A DNA stretch of 64,000 nt, taken from Auanema rhodensis. Lineage: Eukaryota > Animalia > Nematoda. The position numbers were made by a program, and so were the translations under genes. This document shows, piece by piece, positions 38,701 to 53,500 of the stretch. Location: the NCBI GenBank assembly GCA_964057225.1, contig OZ059897.1, forward strand, positions 19,716,001-19,780,000, written 5' to 3'. The notes under the pieces are model-generated. The model was not told where the DNA came from. It worked only from the letters and a program-made list of their open reading frames with translations, and searched no databases. Numbering within the stretch: the stretch's first letter is position 1; every line of letters starts with the position of its first letter.

Positions 38701-41700
38701 CGACGCAGCTTAAAAATCCGCATCGAATGCACTATACTACATTGAGAAACGCTTAATACAAAAATTAGTTATGATCGTTTGAAAAATGATGCATTAGTGT
38801 ATGTTGAGTTTCCATGTACACTCAACATTGCTTCCAAAAACATTTTGACAAAAATTTTTTCGAAAAATTTCAAAATAATTTAGCAAAAAGTAGATGTTTT
38901 TAGATTCCTTTTTTCAAAGCAAAGACGATGGACAATGTTATTCAACGAAAAAATTATTTCTTCAGGGTGAAAATCGAGGATATAAGTGTGAACTTATATC
39001 AGTTGATATCTCGGTGCATTTTTAAGCTAGCGCAAATCTGATAACACAGATCGACGCAGCTTAAAAATCCGCATCGAATGCACTATACTACATTGAGAAA
39101 CGCTTAATACAAAAATTAGTTATGATCGTTTGAAAAATGATGCATTAGTGTATGTTGAGTTTCCATGTACACTCAACATTGCTTCCAAAAACATTTTGAC
39201 AAAACTTTTTTCGAAAAATTTCAAAATAATTTAGCAAAAAGTAGATGTTTTTAGATTCCATTTTTCAAGGCAAAGACGATAGACAATGTTATTCAACGAA
39301 AAAATTAATTCTTCAGGGTGAAAATCGAGGATATAAGTGTGAACTTATATCAGTTGATATCTCGGTGCATTTTTAAGCTAGCGCAAATCTGATAACACAG
39401 ATCGACGCAGCTTAAAAATCCGCATCGAATGCACTATACTACATTGAGAAACGCTTAATACAAAAATTAGTTATGATCGTTTGAAAAATGATGCATTAGT
39501 GTATGTTGAGTTTCCATGTACACTCAACATTGCTTCCAAACACATTTTGACAAAAATTTTTTCGAAAAATTTCAAAATAATTCAGCAAAAAGTAGATGTT
39601 TTTAGATTCCATTTTCCAAGGCAAAGACGATAGACAATGTTATTCAACGAAAAAATTAATTCTTCAGGGTGAAAATCGAGGATATAAGTGTGAACTTATA
39701 TCAGTTGATATCTCGGTGCATTTTTAAGCTAGCGCAAATCTGATAACACAGATCGACGCAGCTTAAAAATCCGCATCGAATGCACTATACTACATTGAGA
39801 AACGCTTAATACAAAAATTAGTTATGATCGTTTGAAAAATGATGCATTAGTGTATGTTGAGTTTCCATGTACACTCAACATTGCTTCCAAAAACATTTTG
39901 ACAAAACTTTTTTCGAAAAATTTCAAAATAATTTAGCAAAAAGTAGATGTTTTTAGATTCCATTTTTCAAGGCAAAGACGATAGACAATGTTATTCAACG
40001 AAAAAATTAATTCTTCAGGGTGAAAATCGAGGATATAAGTGTGAACTTATATCAGTTGATATCTCGGTGCATTTTTAAGCTAGCGCAAATCTGATAACAC
40101 AGATCGACGCAGCTTAAAAATCCGCATCGAATGCACTATACTACATTGAGAAACGCTTAATACAAAAATTAGTTCTGATCGTTTGAAAAATGATGCATTA
40201 GTGTATGTTGAGTTTCCATGTACACTCAACATTGCTTCCAAAAACATTTTGACAAAAATTTTTTCGAAAAATTTCAAAATAATTTAGCAAAAAGTAGATG
40301 TTTTTAGATTCCTTTTTTCAAAGCAAAGACGATGGACAATGTTATTCAACGAAAAAATTATTTCTTCAGGGTGAAAATCGAGGATATAAGTGTGAACTTA
40401 TATCAGTTGATATCTCGGTGCATTTTCAAGCTAGCGCAAATCTGATAACACAGATCGACGCAGCTTAAAAATCCGCATCGAATGCACTATACTACATTGA
40501 GAAACGCTTAATACAAAAATTAGTTATGATCGTTTGAAAAATGATGCATTAGTGTATGTTGAGTTTCCATGTACACTCAACATTGCTTCCAAAAACATTT
40601 TGACAAAACTTTTTTCGAAAAATTTCAAAATAATTTAGCAAAAAGTAGATGTTTTTAGATTCCATTTTCCAAGGCAAAGACGATAGACAATGTTATTCAA
40701 CGAAAAAATTAATTCTTCAGGGTGAAAATCGAGGATATAAGTGTGAACTTATATCAGTTGATATCTCGGTGCATTTTTAAGCTAGCGCAAATCTGATAAC
40801 ACAGATCGACGCAGCTTAAAAATCCGCATCGAATGCACTATACTACATTGAGAAACGCTTAATACAAAAATTAGTTATGATCGTTTGAAAAATGATGCAT
40901 TAGTGTATGTTGAGTTTCCATGTACACTCAACATTGCTTCCAAAAACATTTTGACAAAACTTTTTTCGAAAAATTTCAAAATAATTTAGCAAAAAGTAGA
41001 TGTTTTTAGATTCCATTTTTCAAGGCAAAGACGATAGACAATGTTATTCAACGAAAAAATTAATTCTTCAGGGTGAAAATCGAGGATATAAGTGTGAACT
41101 TATATCAGTTGATATCTCGGTGCATTTTTAAGCTAGCGCAAATCTGATAACACAGATCGACGCAGCTTAAAAATCCGCATCGAATGCACTATACTACATT
41201 GAGAAACGCTTAATACAAAAATTAGTTATGATCGTTTGAAAAATGATGCATTAGTGTATGTTGAGTTTCCATGTACACTCAACATTGCTTCCAAAAACAT
41301 TTTGACAAAACTTTTTTCGAAAAATTTCAAAATAATTTAGCAAAAAGTAGATGTTTTTAGATTCCATTTTTCAAGGCAAAGACGATAGACAATGTTATTC
41401 AACGAAAAAATTAATTCTTCAGGGTGAAAATCGAGGATATAAGTGTGAACTTATATCAGTTGATATCTCGGTGCATTTTTAAGCTAGCGCAAATCTGATA
41501 ACACAGATCGACGCAGCTTAAAAATCCGCATCGAATGCACTATACTACATTGAGAAACGCTTAATACAAAAATTAGTTATGATCGTTTGAAAAATGATGC
41601 ATTAGTGTATGTTGAGTTTCCATGTACACTCAACATTGCTTCCAAAAACATTTTGACAAAAATTTTTTCGAAAAATTTCAAAATAATTTAGCAAAAAGTA

Positions 41701-44571
41701 GATGTTTTTAGATTCCATTTCTCAAGGCAAAGACGATAGACAATGTTATTCAACGAAAAAATTAATTCTTCAGGGTGAAAATCGAGGATATAAGTGTGAA
41801 CTTATATCAGTTGATATCTCGGTGCATTTTTAAGCTAGCGCAAATCTGATAACACAGATCGACGCAGCTTAAAAATCCGCATCGAATGCACTATACTACA
41901 TTGAGAAACGCTTAATACAAAAATTAGTTATGATCGTTTGAAAAATGATGCATTAGTGTATGTTGAGTTTCCATGTACACTCAACATTGCTTCCAAAAAC
42001 ATTTTGACAAAACTTTTTTCGAAAAATTTCAAAATAATTTAGCAAAAAGTAGATGTTTTTAGATTCCATTTTTCAAGGCAAAGACGATAGACAATGTTAT
42101 TCAACGAAAAAATTAATTCTTCAGGGTGAAAATCGAGGATATAAGTGTGAACTTATATCAGTTGATATCTCGGTGCATTTTTAAGCTAGCGCAAATCTGA
42201 TAACACAGATCGACGCAGCTTAAAAATCCGCATCGAATGCACTATACTACATTGAGAAACGCTTAATACAAAAATTAGTTATGATCGTTTGAAAAATGAT
42301 GCATTAGTGTATGTTGAGTTTCCATGTACACTCAACATTGCTTCCAAAAACATTTTGACAAAACTTTTTTCGAAAAATTTCAAAATAATTTAGCAAAAAG
42401 TAGATGTTTTTAGATTCCATTTTTCAAGGCAAAGACGATAGACAATGTTATTCAACGAAAAAATTAATTCTTCAGGGTGAAAATCGAGGATATAAGTGTG
42501 AACTTATATCAGTTGATATCTCGGTGCATTTTTAAGCTAGCGCAAATCTGATAACACAGATCGACGCAGCTTAAAAATCCGCATCGAATGCACTATACTA
42601 CATTGAGAAACGCTTAATACAAAAATTAGTTATGATCGTTTGAAAAATGATGCATTAGTGTATGTTGAGTTTCCATGTACACTCAACATTGCTTCCAAAA
42701 ACATTTTGACAAAAATTTTTTCGAAAAATTTCAAAATAATTTAGCAAAAAGTAGATGTTTTTAGATTCCATTTCTCAAGGCAAAGACGATAGACAATGTT
42801 ATTCAACGAAAAAATTAATTCTTCAGGGTGAAAATCGAGGATATAAGTGTGAACTTATATCAGTTGATATCTCGGTGCATTTTTAAGCTAGCGCAAATCT
42901 GATAACACAGATCGACGCAGCTTAAAAATCCGCATCGAATGCACTATACTACATTGAGAAACGCTTAATACAAAAATTAGTTATGATCGTTTGAAAAATG
43001 ATGCATTAGTGTATGTTGAGTTTCCATGTACACTCAACATTGCTTCCAAAAACATTTTGACAAAACTTTTTTCGAAAAATTTCAAAATAATTTAGCAAAA
43101 AGTAGATGTTTTTAGATTCCATTTTTCAAGGCAAAGACGATAGACAATGTTATTCAACGAAAAAATTAATTTTTCAGGGTGAAAATCGAGGATATAAGTG
43201 TGAACTTATATCAGTTGATATCTCGGTGCATTTTTAAGCTAGCGCAAATCTGATAACACAGATCGACGCAGCTTAAAAATCCGCATCGAATGCACTATAC
43301 TACATTGAAAAACGCTTAATACAAAAATTAGTTATGATCGTTTGAAAAATGATGCATTAGTGTATGTTGAGTTTCCATGTACACTCAACATTGCTTCCAA
43401 AAACATTTTGACAAAACTTTTTTCGAAAAATTTCAAAATAATTTAGCAAAAAGTAGATGTTTTTAGATTCCATTTTTCAAGGCAAAGACGATAGACAATG
43501 TTATTCAACGAAAAAATTAATTCTTCAGGGTGAAAATCGAGGATATAAGTGTGAACTTATATCAGTTGATATCTCGGTGCATTTTTAAGCTAGCGCAAAT
43601 CTGATAACACAGATCGACGCAGCTTAAAAATCCGCATCGAATGCACTATACTACATTGAAAAACGCTTGATACAAAAATTAGTTATGATCTTTTGAAAAA
43701 TGATGCATTAGTGTATGTTGAGTTTCCATGTACACTCAACATTGCTTCCAAAAACATTTTGACAAAAATTTTTTCGAAAAATTTCAAAATAATTTAGCAA
43801 AAAGTAGATGTTTTTAGATTCCATTTCTCAAGGCAAAGACGATAGACAATGTTATTCAACGAAAAAATTAATTCTTCAGGGTGAAAATCGAGGATATAAG
43901 TGTGAACTTATATCAGTTGATATCTCGGTGCATTTTTAAGCTAGCGCAAATCTGATAACACAGATCGACGCAGCTTAAAAATCCGCATCGAATGCACTAT
44001 ACTACATTGAGAAACGCTTAATACAAAAATTAGTTATGATCGTTTGAAAAATGATGCATTAGTGTATGTTGAGTTTCCATGTACACTCAACATTGCTTCC
44101 AAAAACATTTTGACAAAACTTTTTTCGAAAAATTTCAAAATAATTTAGCAAAAAGTAGATGTTTTTAGATTCCATTTTTCAAGGCAAAGACGATAGACAA
44201 TGTTATTCAACGAAAAAATTAATTCTTCAGGGTGAAAATCGAGGATATAAGTGTGAACTTATATCAGTTGATATCTCGGTGCATTTTTAAGCTAGCGCAA
44301 ATCTGATAACACAGATCGACGCAGCTTAAAAATCCGCATCGAATGCACTATACTACATTGAGAAACGCTTAATACAAAAATTAGTTATGATCGTTTGAAA
44401 AATGATGCATTAGTGTATGTTGAGTTTCCATGTACACTCAACATTGCTTCCAAACACATTTTGACAAAAATTTTTTCGAAAAATTTCAAAATAATTCAGC
44501 AAAAAGTAGATGTTTTTAGATTCCATTTTCCAAGGCAAAGACGATAGACAATGTTATTCAACGAAAAAATT
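35797..44571 (+). repeat. Non-adjacent duplication of an 8-monomer block (35797-38604 and 41764-44571; offset 17 monomers)
   Basis: M103-110 and M120-127 have the same haplotype order: A250C, A250C, T309C, A250C, G142A+A250C, G142A/A151G/G173T/T309C, A250C, A235C/T277C/T310C. Confidence 0.85.
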
Positions 44572-47500
44572 AATTCTTCAGGGTGAAAATCGAGGATATA
44601 AGTGTGAACTTATATCAGTTGATATCTCGGTGCATTTTTAAGCTAGCGCAAATCTGATAACACAGATCGACGCAGCTTAAAAATCCGCATCGAATGCACT
44701 ATACTACATTGAGAAACGCTTAATACAAAAATTAGTTATGATCGTTTGAAAAATGATGCATTAGTGTATGTTGAGTTTCCATGTACACTCAACATTGCTT
44801 CCAAAAACATTTTGACAAAACTTTTTTCGAAAAATTTCAAAATAATTTAGCAAAAAGTAGATGTTTTTAGATTCCATTTTTCAAGGCAAAGACGATAGAC
44901 AATGTTATTCAACGAAAAAATTAATTCTTCAGGGTGAAAATCGAGGATATAAGTGTGAACTTATATCAGTTGATATCTCGGTGCATTTTTAAGCTAGCGC
45001 AAATCTGATAACACAGATCGACGCAGCTTAAAAATCCGCATCGAATGCACTATACTACATTGAGAAACGCTTAATACAAAAATTAGTTATGATCGTTTGA
45101 AAAATGATGCATTAGTGTATGTTGAGTTTCCATGTACACTCAACATTGCTTCCAAAAACATTTTGACAAAAATTTTTTCGAAAAATTTCAAAATAATTTA
45201 GCAAAAAGTAGATGTTTTTAGATTCCATTTCTCAAGGCAAAGACGATAGACAATGTTATTCAACGAAAAAATTAATTCTTCAGGGTGAAAATCGAGGATA
45301 TAAGTGTGAACTTATATCAGTTGATATCTCGGTGCATTTTTAAGCTAGCGCAAATCTGATAACACAGATCGACGCAGCTTAAAAATCCGCATCGAATGCA
45401 CTATACTACATTGAGAAACGCTTAATACAAAAATTAGTTATGATCGTTTGAAAAATGATGCATTAGTGTATGTTGAGTTTCCATGTACACTCAACATTGC
45501 TTCCAAAAACATTTTGACAAAAATTTTTTCGAAAAATTTCAAAATAATTTAGCAAAAAGTAGATGTTTTTAGATTCCATTTCTCAAGGCAAAGACGATAG
45601 ACAATGTTATTCAACGAAAAAATTAATTCTTCAGGGTGAAAATCGAGGATATAAGTGTGAACTTATATCAGTTGATATCTCGGTGCATTTTTAAGCTAGC
45701 GCAAATCTGATAACACAGATCGACGCAGCTTAAAAATCCGCATCGAATGCACTATACTACATTGAGAAACGCTTAATACAAAAATTAGTTATGATCGTTT
45801 GAAAAATGATGCATTAGTGTATGTTGAGTTTCCATGTACACTCAACATTGCTTCCAAAAACATTTTGACAAAACTTTTTTCGAAAAATTTCAAAATAATT
45901 TAGCAAAAAGTAGATGTTTTTAGATTCCATTTTTCAAGGCAAAGACGATAGACAATGTTATTCAACGAAAAAATTAATTCTTCAGGGTGAAAATCGAGGA
46001 TATAAGTGTGAACTTATATCAGTTGATATCTCGGTGCATTTTTAAGCTAGCGCAAATCTGATAACACAGATCGACGCAGCTTAAAAATCCGCATCGAATG
46101 CACTATACTACATTGAGAAACGCTTAATACAAAAATTAGTTATGATCGTTTGAAAAATGATGCATTAGTGTATGTTGAGTTTCCATGTACACTCAACATT
46201 GCTTCCAAAAACATTTTGACAAAAATTTTTTCGAAAAATTTCAAAATAATTTAGCAAAAAGTAGATGTTTTTAGATTCCATTTCTCAAGGCAAAGACGAT
46301 AGACAATGTTATTCAACGAAAAAATTAATTCTTCAGGGTGAAAATCGAGGATATAAGTGTGAACTTATATCAGTTGATATCTCGGTGCATTTTTAAGCTA
46401 GCGCAAATCTGATAACACAGATCGACGCAGCTTAAAAATCCGCATCGAATGCACTATACTACATTGAGAAACGCTTAATACAAAAATTAGTTATGATCGT
46501 TTGAAAAATGATGCATTAGTGTATGTTGAGTTTCCATGTACACTCAACATTGCTTCCAAAAACATTTTGACAAAACTTTTTTCGAAAAATTTCAAAATAA
46601 TTTAGCAAAAAGTAGATGTTTTTAGATTCCATTTTTCAAGGCAAAGACGATAGACAATGTTATTCAACGAAAAAATTAATTCTTCAGGGTGAAAATCGAG
46701 GATATAAGTGTGAACTTATATCAGTTGATATCTCGGTGCATTTTTAAGCTAGCGCAAATCTGATAACACAGATCGACGCAGCTTAAAAATCCGCATCGAA
46801 TGCACTATACTACATTGAAAAACGCTTGATACAAAAATTAGTTATGATCTTTTGAAAAATGATGCATTAGTGTATGTTGAGTTTCCATGTACACTCAACA
46901 TTGCTTCCAAAAACATTTTGACAAAAATTTTTTCGAAAAATTTCAAAATAATTTAGCAAAAAGTAGATGTTTTTAGATTCCATTTCTCAAGGCAAAGACG
47001 ATAGACAATGTTATTCAACGAAAAAATTAATTCTTCAGGGTGAAAATCGAGGATATAAGTGTGAACTTATATCAGTTGATATCTCGGTGCATTTTTAAGC
47101 TAGCGCAAATCTGATAACACAGATCGACGCAGCTTAAAAATCCGCATCGAATGCACTATACTACATTGAGAAACGCTTAATACAAAAATTAGTTATGATC
47201 GTTTGAAAAATGATGCATTAGTGTATGTTGAGTTTCCATGTACACTCAACATTGCTTCCAAAAACATTTTGACAAAAATTTTTTCGAAAAATTTCAAAAT
47301 AATTTAGCAAAAAGTAGATGTTTTTAGATTCCTTTTTTCAAAGCAAAGACGATGGACAATGTTGTTCAACGAAAAAATTATTTCTTCAGGGTGAAAATCG
47401 AGGATATAAGTGTGAACTTATATCAGTTGATATCTCGGTGCATTTTTAAGCTAGCGCAAATCTGATAACACAGATCGACGCAGCTTAAAAATCCGCATCG

Positions 47501-50500
47501 AATGCACTATACTACATTGAGAAACGCTTAATACAAAAATTAGTTATGATCGTTTGAAAAATGATGCATTAGTGTATGTTGAGTTTCCATGTACACTCAA
47601 CATTGCTTCCAAAAACATTTTGACAAAACTTTTTTCGAAAAATTTCAAAATAATTTAGCAAAAAGTAGATGTTTTTAGATTCCATTTTTCAAGGCAAAGA
47701 CGATAGACAATGTTATTCAACGAAAAAATTAATTCTTCAGGGTGAAAATCGAGGATATAAGTGTGAACTTATATCAGTTGATATCTCGGTGCATTTTTAA
47801 GCTAGCGCAAATCTGATAACACAGATCGACGCAGCTTAAAAATCCGCATCGAATGCACTATACTACATTGAGAAACGCTTAATACAAAAATTAGTTATGA
47901 TCGTTTGAAAAATGATGCATTAGTGTATGTTGAGTTTCCATGTACACTCAACATTGCTTCCAAAAACATTTTGACAAAAATTTTTTCGAAAAATTTCAAA
48001 ATAATTTAGCAAAAAGTAGATGTTTTTAGATTCCTTCTTTCAAAGCAAAGACGATGGACAATGTTGTTCAACGAAAAAATTATTTCTTCAGGGTGAAAAT
48101 CGAGGATATAAGTGTGAACTTATATCAGTTGATATCTCGGTGCATTTTTAAGCTAGCGCAAATCTGATAACACAGATCGACGCAGCTTAAAAATCCGCAT
48201 CGAATGCACTATACTACATTGAGAAACGCTTAATACAAAAATTAGTTATGATCGTTTGAAAAATGATGCATTAGTGTATGTTGAGTTTCCATGTACACTC
48301 AACATTGCTTCCAAAAACATTTTGACAAAACTTTTTTCGAAAAATTTCAAAATAATTTAGCAAAAAGTAGATGTTTTTAGATTCCATTTTTCAAGGCAAA
48401 GACGATAGACAATGTTATTCAACGAAAAAATTAATTCTTCAGGGTGAAAATCGAGGATATAAGTGTGAACTTATATCAGTTGATATCTCGGTGCATTTTT
48501 AAGCTAGCGCAAATCTGATAACACAGATCGACGCAGCTTAAAAATCCGCATCGAATGCACTATACTACATTGAGAAACGCTTAATACAAAAATTAGTTAT
48601 GATCGTTTGAAAAATGATGCATTAGTGTATGTTGAGTTTCCATGTACACTCAACATTGCTTCCAAACACATTTTGACAAAAATTTTTTCGAAAAATTTCA
48701 AAATAATTCAGCAAAAAGTAGATGTTTTTAGATTCCATTTTCCAAGGCAAAGACGATAGACAATGTTATTCAACGAAAAAATTAATTCTTCAGGGTGAAA
48801 ATCGAGGATATAAGTGTGAACTTATATCAGTTGATATCTCGGTGCATTTTTAAGCTAGCGCAAATCTGATAACACAGATCGACGCAGCTTAAAAATCCGC
48901 ATCGAATGCACTATACTACATTGAGAAACGCTTAATACAAAAATTAGTTATGATCGTTTGAAAAATGATGCATTAGTGTATGTTGAGTTTCCATGTACAC
49001 TCAACATTGCTTCCAAAAACATTTTGACAAAAATTTTTTCGAAAAATTTCAAAATAATTTAGCAAAAAGTAGATGTTTTTAGATTCCATTTTTCAAGGCA
49101 AAGACGATGGACAATGTTATTCAACGAAAAAATTAATTCTTCAGGGTGAAAATCGAGGATATAAGTGTGAACTTATATCAGTTGATATCTCGGTGCATTT
49201 TTAAGCTAGCGCAAATCTGATAACACAGATCGACGCAGCTTAAAAATCCGCATCGAATGCACTATACTACATTGAGAAACGCTTAATACAAAAATTAGTT
49301 ATGATCGTTTGAAAAATGATGCATTAGTGTATGTTGAGTTTCCATGTACACTCAACATTGCTTCCAAAAACATTTTGACAAAAATTTTTTCGAAAAATTT
49401 CAAAATAATTTAGCAAAAAGTAGATGTTTTTAGATTCCATTTTTCAAGGCAAAGACGATGGACAATGTTATTCAACGAAAAAATTAATTCTTCAGGGTGA
49501 AAATCGAGGATATAAGTGTGAACTTATATCAGTTGATATCTCGGTACATTTTTAAGCTAGCGCAAATCTGATAACACAGATCGACGCAGCTTAAAAATCC
49601 GCATCGAATGCACTATACTACATTGGTAAACGCTTAATACAAAAATTAGTTATGATCGTTTGAAAAATGATGCATTAGTGTATGTTGAGTTTCCATGTAC
49701 ACTCAACATTGCTTCCAAACACATTTTGACAAAAATTTTTTCGAAAAATTTCAAAATAATTCAGCAAAAAGTAGATGTTTTTAGATTCCATTTTCCAAGG
49801 CAAAGACGATAGACAATGTTATTCAACGAAAAAATTAATTCTTCAGGGTGAAAATCGAGGATATAAGTGTGAACTTATATCAGTTGATATCTCGGTGCAT
49901 TTTTAAGCTAGCGCAAATCTGATAACACAGATCGACGCAGCTTAAAAATCCGCATCGAATGCACTATACTACATTGAGAAACGCTTAATACAAAAATTAG
50001 TTATGATCGTTTGAAAAATGATGCATTAGTGTATGTTGAGTTTCCATGTACACTCAACATTGCTTCCAAAAACATTTTGACAAAAATTTTTTCGAAAAAT
50101 TTCAAAATAATTTAGCAAAAAGTAGATGTTTTTAGATTCCATTTTTCAAGGCAAAGACGATGGACAATGTTATTCAACGAAAAAATTAATTCTTCAGGGT
50201 GAAAATCGAGGATATAAGTGTGAACTTATATCAGTTGATATCTCGGTGCATTTTTAAGCTAGCGCAAATCTGATAACACAGATCGACGCAGCTTAAAAAT
50301 CCGCATCGAATGCACTATACTACATTGAGAAACGCTTAATACAAAAATTAGTTATGATCGTTTGAAAAATGATGCATTAGTGTATGTTGAGTTTCCATGT
50401 ACACTCAACATTGCTTCCAAAAACATTTTGACAAAAATTTTTTCGAAAAATTTCAAAATAATTTAGCAAAAAGTAGATGTTTTTAGATTCCATTTTTCAA

Positions 50501-50538
50501 GGCAAAGACGATGGACAATGTTATTCAACGAAAAAATT

Positions 50539-53500
50539 AATTCTTCAGGGTGAAAATCGAGGATATAAGTGTGAACTTATATCAGTTGATATCTCGGTAC
50601 ATTTTTAAGCTAGCGCAAATCTGATAACACAGATCGACGCAGCTTAAAAATCCGCATCGAATGCACTATACTACATTGGTAAACGCTTAATACAAAAATT
50701 AGTTATGATCGTTTGAAAAATGATGCATTAGTGTATGTTGAGTTTCCATGTACACTCAACATTGCTTCCAAAAACATTTTGACAAAAATTTTTTCGAAAA
50801 ATTTCAAAATAATTTAGCAAAAAGTAGATGTTTTTAGATTCCTTTTTTTAAGGCAAAGACGATGGACAATGTTATTCAACGAAAAAATTAATTCTTCAGG
50901 GTGAAAATCGAGGATATAAGTGTGAACTTATATCAGTTGATATCTCGGTACATTTTTAAGCTAGCGCAAATCTGATAACACAGATCGACGCAGCTTAAAA
51001 ATCCGCATCGAATGCACTATACTACATGGAAAAACGCTTAATACAAAAATTAGTTATGATCGTTTGAAAAATGATGCATTAGTGTATGTTGAGTTTCCAT
51101 GTACACTCAACATTGCTTCCAAAAACATTTTGACAAAAATTTTTTCGAAAAATTTCAAAATAATTTAGCAAAAAGTAGATGTTTTTAGATTCCATTTCTC
51201 AAGGCAAAGACGATAGACAATGTTATTCAACGAAAAAATTAATTCTTCAGGGTGAAAATCGAGAATATAAGTGTGAACTTATATCAGTTGATATCTCGGT
51301 GCATTTTTAAGCTAGCGCAAATCTGATAACACAGATCGACGCAGCTTAAAAATCCGCATCGAATGCACTATACTACATTGAGAAACGCTTAATACAAAAA
51401 TTAGTTATGATCGTTTGAAAAATGATGCATTAGTGTATGTTGAGTTTCCATGTACACTCAACATTGCTTCCAAAAACATTTTGACAAAACTTTTTTCGAA
51501 AAATTTCAAAATAATTTAGCAAAAAGTAGATGTTTTTAGATTCCATTTTTCAAGGCAAAGACGATAGACAATGTTATTCAACGAAAAAATTAATTCTTCA
51601 GGGTGAAAATCGAGGATATAAGTGTGAACTTATATCAGTTGATATCTCGGTGCATTTTTAAGCTAGCGCAAATCTGATAACACAGATCGACGCAGCTTAA
51701 AAATCCGCATCGAATGCACTATATTACATTGAAAAACGCTTGATACAAAAATTAGTTATGATCTTTTGAAAAATGATGCATTAGTGTATGTTGAGTTTCC
51801 ATGTACACTCAACATTGCTTCCAAAAACATTTTGACAAAAATTTTTTCGAAAAATTTCAAAATAATTTAGCAAAAAGTAGATGTTTTTAGATTCCATTTC
51901 TCAAGGCAAAGACGATAGACAATGTTATTCAACGAAAAAATTAATTCTTCAGGGTGAAAATCGAGGATATAAGTGTGAACTTATATCAGTTGATATCTCG
52001 GTGCATTTTTAAGCTAGCGCAAATCTGATAACACAGATCGACGCAGCTTAAAAATCCGCATCGAATGCACTATACTACATTGAGAAACGCTTAATACAAA
52101 AATTAGTTATGATCGTTTGAAAAATGATGCATTAGTGTATGTTGAGTTTCCATGTACACTCAACATTGCTTCCAAAAACATTTTGACAAAAATTTTTTCG
52201 AAAAATTTCAAAATAATTTAGCAAAAAGTAGATGTTTTTAGATTCCTTTTTTCAAAGCAAAGACGATGGACAATGTTGTTCAACGAAAAAATTATTTCTT
52301 CAGGGTGAAAATCGAGGATATAAGTGTGAACTTATATCAGTTGATATCTCGGTGCATTTTTAAGCTAGCGCAAATCTGATAACACAGATCGACGCAGCTT
52401 AAAAATCCGCATCGAATGCACTATACTACATTGAGAAACGCTTAATACAAAAATTAGTTATGATCGTTTGAAAAATGATGCATTAGTGTATGTTGAGTTT
52501 CCATGTACACTCAACATTGCTTCCAAAAACATTTTGACAAAACTTTTTTCGAAAAATTTCAAAATAATTTAGCAAAAAGTAGATGTTTTTAGATTCCATT
52601 TTTCAAGGCAAAGACGATAGACAATGTTATTCAACGAAAAAATTAATTCTTCAGGGTGAAAATCGAGGATATAAGTGTGAACTTATATCAGTTGATATCT
52701 CGGTGCATTTTTAAGCTAGCGCAAATCTGATAACACAGATCGACGCAGCTTAAAAATCCGCATCGAATGCACTATACTACATTGAGAAACGCTTAATACA
52801 AAAATTAGTTATGATCGTTTGAAAAATGATGCATTAGTGTATGTTGAGTTTCCATGTACACTCAACATTGCTTCCAAACACATTTTGACAAAAATTTTTT
52901 CGAAAAATTTCAAAATAATTCAGCAAAAAGTAGATGTTTTTAGATTCCATTTTCCAAGGCAAAGACGATAGACAATGTTATTCAACGAAAAAATTAATTC
53001 TTCAGGGTGAAAATCGAGGATATAAGTGTGAACTTATATCAGTTGATATCTCGGTGCATTTTTAAGCTAGCGCAAATCTGATAACACAGATCGACGCAGC
53101 TTAAAAATCCGCATCGAATGCACTATACTACATTGAGAAACGCTTAATACAAAAATTAGTTATGATCGTTTGAAAAATGATGCATTAGTGTATGTTGAGT
53201 TTCCATGTACACTCAACATTGCTTCCAAAAACATTTTGACAAAAATTTTTTCGAAAAATTTCAATATAATTTAGCAAAAAGTAGATGTTTTTAGATTCCA
53301 TTTTTCAAGGCAAAGACGATGGACAATGTTATTCAACGAAAAAATTAATTCTTCAGGGTGAAAATCGAGGATATAAGTGTGAACTTATATCAGTTGATAT
53401 CTCGGTGCATTTTTAAGCTAGCGCAAATCTGATAACACAGATCGACGCAGCTTAAAAATCCGCATCGAATGCACTATACTACATTGAGAAACGCTTAATA

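Noticed and set aside
40080-40277. 65-aa minus-strand ORF from the supplied track
   Set aside because: It starts at TTG and exists only because a private SNP (A>C at 40175) turns the consensus TAA stop into GAA in this one monomer. It lies wholly within satellite sequence and has no recognisable domain.
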